Positions 9,290-18,022 of a stretch of DNA of 64,000 bases are shown here, piece by piece. Both the position numbers and the translations under genes were made by a program. The notes beneath the pieces are model-generated. The model was not told where the DNA came from. It ran no database searches and saw nothing but the letters and a program-made list of their open reading frames with translations. The first letter of the stretch is position 1. Each line of letters begins with the position of its first letter. Source of the stretch: a virus (lineage: Duplodnaviria; Caudoviricetes). The stretch spans positions 26,636-90,635 of the IMG/VR virus record IMGVR_UViG_2895442618_000001; one strand, given 5' to 3'.

Positions 9290-10822
9290 CTACGCGTCCG
9301 GTTCAGACTCGACCGCGAACGGGTCGTCTCCAGGGGCGGCCCGTAGCGCCCGAGGCGGCTGGGCGCCGCCGTTCAGCATCTGATTGACCGGGTCCATTTC
9401 CGCCTGTTCCTCGACCATTGCCATGACGCGGTCGACCTCGGGCGGCTCCAGCCCGTACTGTTCGGCAATCCAGCGCAGCGGGAAGCCCATGGACTTCATC
9501 TTCATGAGCGCGTCGACCTTCTGGCCGATCGCCCTGAACTGCGGGTCTGCCCACATGACGACGCTGCGACGGCAAGCCTTCGCCTTCTCTTCGTCGTTCA
9601 TGGCGCTGGCCATCAGGGAGTGGATCTCCCGGATCGGCGAGTTGCAGTAGGTGATCCGTTCGCCTGTCTTGGCCACCAGGCCGGTTTCCGCGGCAGTCAG
9701 TGCTTCAGCGCTGAGGTTGGCGACCTTGCCGATCAGATAGTGAGGTGGGGTGCGGGTTTGTGCGCTGATGTGCTCGATCGCCCGCTCGATCACGTTGCTG
9801 TATGCGGACAGGTCCGCGGCTGGCCACGAGCCGATGCTGGCGTCGCCCGTCAGCCACAGGATCCGCTCGTTGATCAGCGTGTCCAGTTCCAGCGGGCGTT
9901 CGCCGACCTTCTGCCCGTTCTCGTCGAGGATCGGCATCTTGGGCACGTCCGCGCCCATGACGACCCGCTGCGGCAAGCTGGCGAAGTCGAGGGCGTTCAT
10001 CAGGTACGCCCACGTCAGGTTGATGGCGTCCTGCATCGCCATCACGCCGGCGATATCCGAGAGCGGGTCATCGTCGAGCAGCGTCTGGTTCCGCAGCTCC
10101 ACCATCGGGACGCGCTTCATCGGGTTCGGGATCGGCCATGTGTCGTCGTTCGGGCCTTGTCGCGGCTGCCACCCCTCCGGGCCCGCCGACCTGACGACGT
10201 CGCTCCCCGCGGGGACGATCAGCCCCGAAACGCTGTACCCGTTACGGGCGTAGCGCGGGCGGGCGAACTTCCACACGAACAACTTCTCGTACAAGGTGGC
10301 GTACTCGCGGGTGTCGTCAGACCACAGCTTCAGCGCCGCGATCCGCTCCCCGGTGTCGGAGTCGTACGCCACGATCGCCTGATCGGGACGCTCCCACGTC
10401 ACCCGCGGCTCGTCGTCCTCGGTGCCCCACACCAGGCAGTAGGCGCGGGCCGCCGCCAGCATGACGACGAACGCCTCCGAGGAGCCGCGCTCGCAGTCGG
10501 CGAACCGCCACGCCTCCGCCAGGTCCGCATCCGTCTCCTGCTCACCCGGCAGCCGGATGCCGAGCACGTTCATCCGCTCGGCGGGCGCCGCCGCAACCGG
10601 GGCGGTCCAGTTGTCGGAGAACCCCTTGAACCGGTCAGCGAAGTAGTCCCGGAACTCCGGGGAGGCGTAGCACAGCTTGTGCTTGCCCTTGTAGTAGTCC
10701 AGCCGCCTGGTTGTCTCCGTCTCCCGCCGGCGGAGCTCGTCAGCGAGACGGTTCAGGACGTTCACCGCCCGGCGTGCCTCGTCCGTGTTCGGCCCGTCCA
10801 CGACAGGCAGGGGCATGGCCAC
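9290..10822 (-). CDS. Portal protein (SPP1 gp6-like)
   Basis: 510 aa; YYKGKH, TRTPPHYL, LSAEAL motifs; follows terminase. Confidence 0.9.
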   Translation of the reverse strand: MAMPLPVVDGPNTDEARRAVNVLNRLADELRRRETETTRRLDYYKGKHKLCYASPEFRDYFADRFKGFSDNWTAPVAAAPAERMNVLGIRLPGEQETDADLAEAWRFADCERGSSEAFVVMLAAARAYCLVWGTEDDEPRVTWERPDQAIVAYDSDTGERIAALKLWSDDTREYATLYEKLFVWKFARPRYARNGYSVSGLIVPAGSDVVRSAGPEGWQPRQGPNDDTWPIPNPMKRVPMVELRNQTLLDDDPLSDIAGVMAMQDAINLTWAYLMNALDFASLPQRVVMGADVPKMPILDENGQKVGERPLELDTLINERILWLTGDASIGSWPAADLSAYSNVIERAIEHISAQTRTPPHYLIGKVANLSAEALTAAETGLVAKTGERITYCNSPIREIHSLMASAMNDEEKAKACRRSVVMWADPQFRAIGQKVDALMKMKSMGFPLRWIAEQYGLEPPEVDRVMAMVEEQAEMDPVNQMLNGGAQPPRALRAAPGDDPFAVESEPDA

Positions 10823-10828
10823 CGGGCG

Positions 10829-12487
10829 TCACCTCCGTCGTGTTGATGACGCCGTGTAGATCAGGTTCTCGGTGGGCTTCTCGACCGTGAACAGCCCGGC
10901 GGCGGTCGCGTCGCCGTACGCCTCGTGCGCGAGCACGGAGCAGACGGTCAGGTCGATCTTCTGGGTTTGGCTGGCCTTCGCCAGCACGTACCGCTGGCCC
11001 GGCCGCGGCGCCTTGCGGGTGTTCCGGACGTGGATGGCGGTGATCGGGCAGCCGTCGTGCCGGAAGCTCGAATCAGCTTTCCCGACGTCCACGTGCAGCC
11101 GCTCGCACGCGGCGTGCATCTGCACCGGCCGGTAGGTCGCCCACCGGATCACGATCTTGTCGCCGTACTTCTCCGCCCACGCGTCGATCTCGGACGTCCA
11201 CCCGGGCGGGTCGATGTAGGCCCGCACCACGTTGAACCGGGTCATGAGCTCGTCGAACGCCGCCGCCACTTCAAGCCGCGGCACCTGCCCGCCGTACGCC
11301 GCCGGGTCCCACACGGTGGGCCGCCGGTCGGGGCCGAATGTGGGCGTGAACTGGAAGCCGTCGCTGGTCTCGGCTCGGATCCCGGTCCAGTCGTCGACGT
11401 CGCTGCCGTCCATCCCGAGCACGATCGCGGTACCGTCCGGCACCTCGCACGGTTCGGCCCGACCATCCCAGACGTCGCCGTCGATGAAGTGGCCGGCGCC
11501 GTAAACGATCCGGTTGCCGAAGAACCGCTCCGCCTGGGCGGGATCCCGCTCGATCAGGTCCGCGGCCTCAGCTTCGATCGAGTCGAGGTCGACGTGGCCG
11601 CCGTTCTCCTTCAACGCCTCGCCGTACACGATGCGGTGGATCCTGCGCCGCTCCGCCTTGTTCCGATACGACAGGTGCCCTGGCGGCTGCACAAACTGGC
11701 GGTAGATGTCCTGCGCCGACGACTCGAACTGCTGCTGAGCGACCGAATTCTCCGACGGGTCCCACGCGTTCGTCGTCAGCGACGCCCGCCCGCCCATACC
11801 CGCCAGGCCGCGGTACTGGGTGTCGGCAACCCTCGTCATCTTGTTGGTCGTCGTCCACAACCCAACCTCGTCCTGCGGGACGAACGTGACCCGCTGACCA
11901 AGCCGCGACTGCGCGGAGGACGTCACCGTGTCCACTCGGCCGCCGCCCGGCAGGCGGATGAACTCCTCGCCCGTCTTCGGGATCAAGTCCGCGAGCGGCC
12001 CCAGTTCGATCATCGGCCGGAGCGCACCATAGATGTTGTCCGTCTGCTCCTCGGACACGGCGGTGATCTGGATGAGCGGCGTCGGCCACGGCATGCCCAT
12101 CGGCTCGCCGCGCTCGTACGGGTACTCCCACCCGCAGCCACACCCGAAGTCGGCGCACGCGTACCCATCATCACGGCCCGCCCAGCCAGCGAACAGCGCA
12201 GGCCCGACACCCTCCACACACACATGCGCGGCGGTATGCGGTCCCTTGCCAAGCTTCTGCGGACCAGCGAGCAAGCCACGCCGGTACACGAACGCCGGGC
12301 CGAGAACCGGATCCTCCGGCTGCCACACCGCATCCCCGCGCACCAGATAGAACGCGGCGAAGTAGCGGAGCTGGTAGTCGTACAGGTTGAACGGGTCGCC
12401 GCGACGGAAACCGTCCGGGATCACACAGTGCGCCTCGATCCACGCCGGCGCGACGAGCAGAGGCCGCGGGCTACGCTCCCCCGCCAT
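10829..12487 (-). CDS. Terminase large subunit
   Basis: Walker A-like GPQKLGKG, QDEVG Walker B, nuclease GMDGSDVDD and KIDLTVCSVLA. Confidence 0.9.
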   Translation of the reverse strand: MAGERSPRPLLVAPAWIEAHCVIPDGFRRGDPFNLYDYQLRYFAAFYLVRGDAVWQPEDPVLGPAFVYRRGLLAGPQKLGKGPHTAAHVCVEGVGPALFAGWAGRDDGYACADFGCGCGWEYPYERGEPMGMPWPTPLIQITAVSEEQTDNIYGALRPMIELGPLADLIPKTGEEFIRLPGGGRVDTVTSSAQSRLGQRVTFVPQDEVGLWTTTNKMTRVADTQYRGLAGMGGRASLTTNAWDPSENSVAQQQFESSAQDIYRQFVQPPGHLSYRNKAERRRIHRIVYGEALKENGGHVDLDSIEAEAADLIERDPAQAERFFGNRIVYGAGHFIDGDVWDGRAEPCEVPDGTAIVLGMDGSDVDDWTGIRAETSDGFQFTPTFGPDRRPTVWDPAAYGGQVPRLEVAAAFDELMTRFNVVRAYIDPPGWTSEIDAWAEKYGDKIVIRWATYRPVQMHAACERLHVDVGKADSSFRHDGCPITAIHVRNTRKAPRPGQRYVLAKASQTQKIDLTVCSVLAHEAYGDATAAGLFTVEKPTENLIYTASSTRRR

Positions 12488-12941
12488 CGATGGCCTTCAG
12501 CCGATCCCTCACGGAACGCCCCGGCGCCGCCTTCACAGTCTTCGTAGCGCGCTTCTCCGCGACCTCATTCGCCGAGAGACGCCACCGGTTGCGCAGCATC
12601 CCCTGCGTGGAGAGCCCCAGCGAGTCGAAGTACTGTCGGACCACCTTCTGCAATTCGATCGACGACTTCGGCTGCTCCGCGCGGGCGAGCATGCGCACGC
12701 ACATCGCGACCTCGTACAGCTGGCCCATCTTCTCCCACATGAGCGCCTGCGGGCGGGACCAGAAGTCCGCCCACAACTCCCACTCGCGGCCGTCCGGCTC
12801 CAGTAGCGGCCATTCGGGAGGTTCGCCCTCGCGGCCTTCGGAAGGAAGGGTGGTCCACGTGGCTGCGTCCGCGGGCCTGCTTCGACGTAGCGCGTTCGGA
12901 TCCGGTGCGGGCCCGGACGCTGCATGTCCGCCTCTTGGCAT
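12471..12941 (-). CDS. Terminase small subunit
   Basis: SGPAPDPNALRR and LGLSTQGMLRNRWR motifs; overlaps terL start. Confidence 0.85.
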   Translation of the reverse strand: MPRGGHAASGPAPDPNALRRSRPADAATWTTLPSEGREGEPPEWPLLEPDGREWELWADFWSRPQALMWEKMGQLYEVAMCVRMLARAEQPKSSIELQKVVRQYFDSLGLSTQGMLRNRWRLSANEVAEKRATKTVKAAPGRSVRDRLKAIDGGGA

Positions 12942-13072
12942 GGTTCATTCACTCCTCAGCCGCGTTGCGCGACATCGGGCGACGGTCACATTGCGTCACC
13001 ATCTTGAGGTTGATCAAGGACTCTCTGACCTGGCAGACCTTCGACGGCTCTCCCCCGCGGTCCTCTAATATG

Positions 13073-13201
13073 TGTCCGATTTGGGGGTTATGCCCCATAT
13101 GTCCGATTTGTGGTGATTCCCGAAATGTCCGATTTGAGGGTGCGCCCGGAACTCTGTGTAATCATGATCATGAGCGCTGTTTATGCCCTAATGTCCGATT
13201 T
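13073..13201. repeat. Four direct repeats TGTCCGATTT
   Basis: Copies at 13073, 13100, 13126 and 13192 in AT-richer intergenic DNA upstream of terS. Confidence 0.85.
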
Positions 13202-13307
13202 CGTGAATGTCGACATGACCCAGAGGAATAGGTATTGCATGATCACCAGTAGTGGCGTGTATGTGATCACTACTCGTGCAGCGGGGGCGGGCATGCAGGG
13301 ATATCGA

Positions 13308-13688
13308 TCACGCGTCGTCCTCATCAGCGTGGGCGTAGCCATGCCGCACGATGTCGGAGCCTGCCGTGATCAAGCCGATCGCTTCTATCCACGAGATGCC
13401 CTCGCTGTGGGCGTAGATCAGAGTGACCGAGCCGTCGTCCTTCACGACCTTGACAAGGGCTACCGCTGAGGTGGCCAGGTCTCCAGGGTCGAGGTCGAGG
13501 GTGAGGCCGAGGCTGTCGAGGATCTGGCCGGCGGGCTGCTCCACTCGCTCCTCCTGGTTCAGCATGCGCGTCAGGTAGGGCAGGTCTGCTTGTGCTGCCA
13601 GGTAGGTGCACCACAGATCAACGGTGGCGGCGAGGATCTGTGTGCGCTGTGGATCCCGTGCTCGGAGGGCTGCGGTGTACCAGTCCAT
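13308..13688 (-). CDS. Hypothetical protein
   Basis: ORF track 126 aa; tightly packed with neighbours. Confidence 0.55.
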   Translation of the reverse strand: MDWYTAALRARDPQRTQILAATVDLWCTYLAAQADLPYLTRMLNQEERVEQPAGQILDSLGLTLDLDPGDLATSAVALVKVVKDDGSVTLIYAHSEGISWIEAIGLITAGSDIVRHGYAHADEDDA

Positions 13689-13691
13689 GCG

Positions 13692-13931
13692 CTACCCCTC
13701 GTGCTGCGTGGACAGGTGGTCCACAGCTACAGCCCACAGGCCTGGAATGGTGGCGACGTTGGCCACCTCCGGATCCGAACAGATGCTGCCGGCCCGGTCG
13801 TAGTAGGCGAGCGGCCGTCCGCCGTCGTGGTGGTCGCGGCAGTGGAGTCCTACTCCGCCGTTCTCGTCACCGCTGAGGTAGAAGCAGGGATGCGTGAGGG
13901 CTTCGAGGAGAGCGTCGACGGGGAGCTTCAC
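13692..13931 (-). CDS. Hypothetical protein
   Basis: 79 aa; start overlaps upstream stop. Confidence 0.55.
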   Translation of the reverse strand: MKLPVDALLEALTHPCFYLSGDENGGVGLHCRDHHDGGRPLAYYDRAGSICSDPEVANVATIPGLWAVAVDHLSTQHEG

Positions 13932-14089
13932 GGCTGGCGCTCCTCACCTCGGTAGGCGAGTAGCACGCATTGCGCGCCGGAAGGCCCATCCTCGGACGGG
14001 GCGTCTGGCACAACCCTGGTCGACAGGTCTGCATCGAACTCGACGACCGCGCCATCATCGAAGGTCCAGTGGACTCGGACGGCAGTCAT
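13928..14089 (-). CDS. Hypothetical protein
   Basis: ATG 14089 with GGAGGAAG RBS, MTAVRVHWTFDDG. Confidence 0.55.
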   Translation of the reverse strand: MTAVRVHWTFDDGAVVEFDADLSTRVVPDAPSEDGPSGAQCVLLAYRGEERQP

Positions 14090-14394
14090 CTCTTCCTCCC
14101 ACGCGCGCGGGAGCGGCGGTGGTACTCCGTCTTCACCCTGCGGGAGTGAGGGTGCGGGAGGTCGAACAGCAGGCGGTACGAAGGCCACGGGACGCGCCCA
14201 CGCAGGCTGACCCGGTTCGTTCCTGCCGAGCGCAGCATGCGAACGGGGATGGCCACGTACCGCTCGGACGTGGGTACCAGCAGAGACCTGGACTCGGGCA
14301 GAGGCTTGGTCGTGAACTCCAGATCGGCTACCTGTTCGCCGAGATCGGCAGGTGCAGGTAGGGCGGGAACCCAGGAGACCTGAACGGTGGTCAT
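14086..14394 (-). CDS. Hypothetical protein
   Basis: 102 aa; stop/start overlaps at both ends. Confidence 0.55.
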   Translation of the reverse strand: MTTVQVSWVPALPAPADLGEQVADLEFTTKPLPESRSLLVPTSERYVAIPVRMLRSAGTNRVSLRGRVPWPSYRLLFDLPHPHSRRVKTEYHRRSRARGRKR

Positions 14395-14789
14395 CGGTCA
14401 CCTGCCGGAGAAGGCCAGCCGGGGCAGGAGAAGCGGCCAGACACGGGGACGTCGCCGTCCCACTCGTGGGCCGTGTGCTCCTTGCTCATCGACCAGTCTG
14501 GGCAGGCGGCCTCCGATACGGGCGGAGTCCAGCCGAGAGCGATCAGCGCAGCGCGTGTTTCGTCGGGCATGACCACCTCGAAGTGGGCGTCCTTCACGCC
14601 GAGCTCGGTCACCTCGATGGCGTGGATGGCGAGTTCCGCTTCCACGCGGGGCAGGCTGTCGCGCGGGTCCACGTCGATGGTCATGCGGCGGATGGCCTGG
14701 CTCAGGTCATGCCCGTCAAGGGTGACCGTGTAGACGAATGGGCCGCCGGACAGGGTGAGCTTGTGCTGAGGCGGCAGGTGCAGAGGCAT
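14391..14789 (-). CDS. Hypothetical protein
   Basis: 132 aa with GGGAGA RBS. Confidence 0.55.
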   Translation of the reverse strand: MPLHLPPQHKLTLSGGPFVYTVTLDGHDLSQAIRRMTIDVDPRDSLPRVEAELAIHAIEVTELGVKDAHFEVVMPDETRAALIALGWTPPVSEAACPDWSMSKEHTAHEWDGDVPVSGRFSCPGWPSPAGDR

Positions 14790-14810
14790 GTGTTTCTCCC
14801 GGGGTGTGGC

Positions 14811-14844
14811 GAGGCCCCCGAGCCCGGAAGTTCTCGGGGGCCTC
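14811..14844. terminator. GC-rich hairpin, probable terminator
   Basis: GAGGCCCCCGAG...CTCGGGGGCCTC perfect 12-bp inverted repeat, intergenic. Confidence 0.55.
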
Positions 14845-14880
14845 TACCTCCCGCCGCGAACCGGGAGGATCTTGATGGGT

Positions 14881-15033
14881 TCAGGTGGTGAGCAGTTCTC
14901 CGCCCGCCAACACGAGGAAGGCGACGCCGAGACAGAACAGCGCCGACACCCACGACTTGTGGATGAAGCCGACGACGGAGGCGGTGAGGAAGCAGACGAG
15001 GGCGAGCAGGGTGAAGAGATCGGAGGCGTTCAT
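14881..15033 (-). CDS. Small two-TM membrane protein (50 aa)
   Basis: Hand-translated MNASDLFTLLALVCFLTASVVGFIHKSWVSALFCLGVAFLVLAGGELLTT. Confidence 0.6.
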   Translation of the reverse strand: MNASDLFTLLALVCFLTASVVGFIHKSWVSALFCLGVAFLVLAGGELLTT

Positions 15034-15113
15034 GTGCTTCTCCATTCCTGCGATTACTACAGACGGTCACCGATCATGGTTCTCCCGCCGGTGACGAGTT
15101 GTACCGAGCGTGA

Positions 15114-15479
15114 CTATCGGGCGTTCCATCCGCCGGGTTGATCACGTGCCGTCCGCCTCGAATGGTGAGACTTTGTGAGCGCCCTCAGGTTGCTCGGGTC
15201 GTGACCGCGCGGACCGTTCGGTCCGAGCCCGTCGATGTGGTCCACGTCCGTCGCGGCGGGGCGCTGCTCGTACGGCAGAGCCTCGCAGTCCTCGCACTCA
15301 CAGCGGGGATGGTTCTTCAGGTAGGCCGCTCTCGTACGCTGCCAGGCCGCGTCATAGCCGCGCTGTGAGGCGCTGCCTCGCTGCCGTTCCGCCTCTCGCC
15401 TGCAGACAGCGCAGCGACCGCCCGAAGTGAGTTCGGCGCACGAAGGCGTAGAACAAACTGTTAATGATCTACGAGGCAC
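15114..15479 (-). CDS. HNH endonuclease (packaging-associated type)
   Basis: GTG 15479; SASQRGYDAAWQRTR, DVDHIDG...NLRALTKSHHSRRT. Confidence 0.85.
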   Translation of the reverse strand: MPRRSLTVCSTPSCAELTSGGRCAVCRREAERQRGSASQRGYDAAWQRTRAAYLKNHPRCECEDCEALPYEQRPAATDVDHIDGLGPNGPRGHDPSNLRALTKSHHSRRTARDQPGGWNAR

Positions 15480-15481
15480 GG

Positions 15482-16354
15482 TCACCCCAGCAATAGGAGT
15501 TGGTCTCCACCGGGACCGGCATTGGCCCACTTGCGGGAGTTGCACCTCTTGTGCGCGAGGCGGACGTTGGCGGTTTCATGAGTCCCGCCTCTCGACAGCG
15601 GGATGATGTGATCCAGGCTCCACTCGCCCGCTCTGACGCGCTTCCTGCAGATCTGGCAGACGCCCTGGTCTCGCTGGAAGATGTACTGCGGATCAACCAC
15701 TTCGACGAATGCTGCACGCAGGCGGCGACGGCGGTTGAACTTCACCTTCCGCATGATGGCTGCACGACGGGCGCGATACTCGGGATCCACCTTCGCCCGC
15801 TCCTTGTTGCGCTCATATTGACGCTTCCTAGCAACCTTCCCAGTGGGAGTAAGCCGCCATCGTCGACGAGTCTGCAAGTGCCGTATGCGGGCTTCGGGGT
15901 CCCGCTTGAAGAGCGGAACGTATTCGGGGTGGCGAGCCTTCCAGATGCCTATGGCCTTCCGCTGGCAGTCCTTGCAGTCCCACTGTCCCCCCTTGTGGAA
16001 GGACTTGATACTGAGGACTGCACGACACGTCCGGCATAGGCGGAGACCTAACTGGCGGAGTTTTACGTGGAAGATGCGCGCGAACGGGCGCTCTGCGCCA
16101 TTCGCCTTGAAGTACTGGTAGCAGGCAGGGCACCGGCCGAGTTGAATCCTGGTGGACATCTCCAAGCAGCGCGAGCACTCGCGGGGCTTGATAGTGCTAG
16201 GTCGCGGAAGCCTCTTCCCATCGATGACTTCCTTGGGCCGCTCTACGCCACGGCGGCTGAAGTACTTCGCGCACCGTGGACAGCGGCCCTTGCGCGTCGG
16301 GAAGTGCTCCGCCTGGCAGGCAGGGTTAACGCACACGTGTGTACTCTGTGACAC
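15482..16354 (-). CDS. HNH endonuclease with N-terminal Cys-rich domains (homing-type)
   Basis: C-terminal RDQGVCQIC...SLDHIIPLSRGG...NVRLAHKRCNSRK; several CxxC motifs. Confidence 0.85.
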   Translation of the reverse strand: MSQSTHVCVNPACQAEHFPTRKGRCPRCAKYFSRRGVERPKEVIDGKRLPRPSTIKPRECSRCLEMSTRIQLGRCPACYQYFKANGAERPFARIFHVKLRQLGLRLCRTCRAVLSIKSFHKGGQWDCKDCQRKAIGIWKARHPEYVPLFKRDPEARIRHLQTRRRWRLTPTGKVARKRQYERNKERAKVDPEYRARRAAIMRKVKFNRRRRLRAAFVEVVDPQYIFQRDQGVCQICRKRVRAGEWSLDHIIPLSRGGTHETANVRLAHKRCNSRKWANAGPGGDQLLLLG

Positions 16355-16505
16355 GTCGATCTCCTCAGTAGATCGGCCACGCCCCGGGAGTGTTGGTAGC
16401 ACTCGCCGGGGTTCACTTTTCGGTTGTGTTGGTCAGGCTACACCGGTTGAAAGCGTAGAGTCCTAGCCTCGTGACGGATCGCGTTCGGTGCGGTACGACC
16501 GGAGC

Positions 16506-17048
16506 ATGCGGTACGGGCAAAGGGGTGGGTACACGCCCGCGGAACAGGAGCGGCGGGAGCGTGTACGGCTGCAGGCGGCCGAGTGGTTCGAGGCCGGGGA
16601 GCCGACCAGGACGGTCGCGGCGCGGTTACGGGTGCACGAGCGGTCGGTGACCCGCTGGCGGAAGGCATGGCGAGAGGGCGGCAGGCCGGCGCTGCTGTCC
16701 AAGGGGCCGGTGTCGAGGGAGAAGCTGTCGGCCGCTCAGTGGGCGCGGCTGGATGCCGAGTTACGACGGGGCCCGCTGGCCTGGGGATATGCCGAGGATC
16801 AGTGCTGGACGCTGGGCCGGATCAAGACACTGATCGGGCGGCTGTTCCACATCGGCTACACCATCGAGGGCGTGGGCAAGCTGATGCACCGCCACGGCTG
16901 GTCGGTGCAGGTCCCGGCCCGGCGCGCGATCGAGCGGGACCAGGAGGCCATCGCGTTGTGGAAGGCCGAGGTGTGGCCCGCGGTAAAAGAACCGCGGCGG
17001 ACCTGGGCGCCTACCTCTGCTTCGAAGACGAAGCCGGGCAGGGGCTGA
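16506..17048 (+). CDS. IS630 transposase orfA (HTH / winged helix)
   Basis: MRYGQRGGYTPAEQERRERVRL...WTLGRIKTLI...LMHRHGWS. Confidence 0.85.
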   Translation: MRYGQRGGYTPAEQERRERVRLQAAEWFEAGEPTRTVAARLRVHERSVTRWRKAWREGGRPALLSKGPVSREKLSAAQWARLDAELRRGPLAWGYAEDQCWTLGRIKTLIGRLFHIGYTIEGVGKLMHRHGWSVQVPARRAIERDQEAIALWKAEVWPAVKEPRRTWAPTSASKTKPGRG

Positions 17049-17584
17049 GGCCGCCGAAAGGACGCACCTGGGCACCGGTCGGCGCCCGGCCGGTGGTGAC
17101 GGTCCGCGGCAGAGGCTCGGGCCGGGTCAACATGGCCGGCGTCCTGGCCTTCCGGGACGGTGAACGGCCGCACCTGTTCTACCGCCTGCACGTCTACCAC
17201 GGCCGCAAGGGCGAACCCAAGACCTTCTCCTGGATGGACTATCGGGACCTGATCGTGGCCACCCACCACCATCTGGGTGCGCCGCTGGTGTGGTGCTGGG
17301 ACAACTTGAACGTGCACCTGGCCGGCCAGCTCGCCGACTTCGCCGCCGAGAACGCCGACTGGTTACGCATCGTCCAGCTTCCCGCCTACGCTCCCGAGCT
17401 CAACCCCGCCGAGGGTGTGTGGTCGCTGCTCCGCCGGGCCCTGGCCAACTTCGCCGTCACCGACCTGCCCGGGCTCGTCCGGATCATCAAACGCAAGCTG
17501 AAGAAGATCCAATACCGGCCTCACCTGCTCACCGGCTGTCTGACCCAGACCGGGCTCACCCTCGATACCCCGGCAAAGCCATGA
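16985..17584 (+). CDS. IS630 transposase orfB (DDE), joined by -1 frameshift
   Basis: FEDEAG...WDNLNVH...LPAYAPELNPAEGVW; A-AAA-G at 16985-16989 in the overlap. Confidence 0.85.
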   Translation, partial: KRTAADLGAYLCFEDEAGQGLRPPKGRTWAPVGARPVVTVRGRGSGRVNMAGVLAFRDGERPHLFYRLHVYHGRKGEPKTFSWMDYRDLIVATHHHLGAPLVWCWDNLNVHLAGQLADFAAENADWLRIVQLPAYAPELNPAEGVWSLLRRALANFAVTDLPGLVRIIKRKLKKIQYRPHLLTGCLTQTGLTLDTPAKP

Positions 17585-17659
17585 CCGACTCTACGAATTT
17601 AATGTGTGTATCGGACGACTCCGACATATTCGAGCACACGGTCAACGACTTGCGCGGGC

Positions 17660-18016
17660 TCATGAGTCCGCGACGCTGAGCCACCCTTCGATGGCCGTCT
17701 TGGTCGCCGATGGGGAACCGCGACTCACCCTGATCTTGTAGAACCAGACGCCCGGCGACTCGGTCACGCCCGAAGGGAAAGTGAGCGTGATCAGCCCGTT
17801 CGCTGCGTCGTCGATGGTGACGCCGTCGCCCTCGGTCAGGGTGAACACGCCCGTGCTCGCGTCGTCCTCCACTGCCTGGCTGGCCTTGATGACGGCGAAC
17901 ACGTCAGCGCCGGTGAGCCCGAGAGCGTCGCCCGCGTCGTCGGTGATACGGAAGGAGGCGGACTCGTCGTCGTCCTCGGTCAGGGTCAGGTTGACGAAGT
18001 CGGGCACAAGAACCAC
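17660..18016 (-). CDS. BppU N-terminal-like beta-sandwich virion protein
   Basis: FRITDDAGDALGLTGA...DAANGLITLTF...WFYKIRV pattern. Confidence 0.6.
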   Translation of the reverse strand: MVLVPDFVNLTLTEDDDESASFRITDDAGDALGLTGADVFAVIKASQAVEDDASTGVFTLTEGDGVTIDDAANGLITLTFPSGVTESPGVWFYKIRVSRGSPSATKTAIEGWLSVADS

Positions 18017-18022
18017 CCCCTT

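Larger units (their letters stand above)
16441..17608 (+). mobile_element. IS630-family insertion sequence
   Basis: TA at 16439-40 and 17609-10; 22-bp imperfect terminal inverted repeats (16/22 by eye); split transposase. Confidence 0.85.

Noticed and set aside
13073-13201. CRISPR-like array
   Set aside because: Repeat is only 10-11 bp with irregular spacing.
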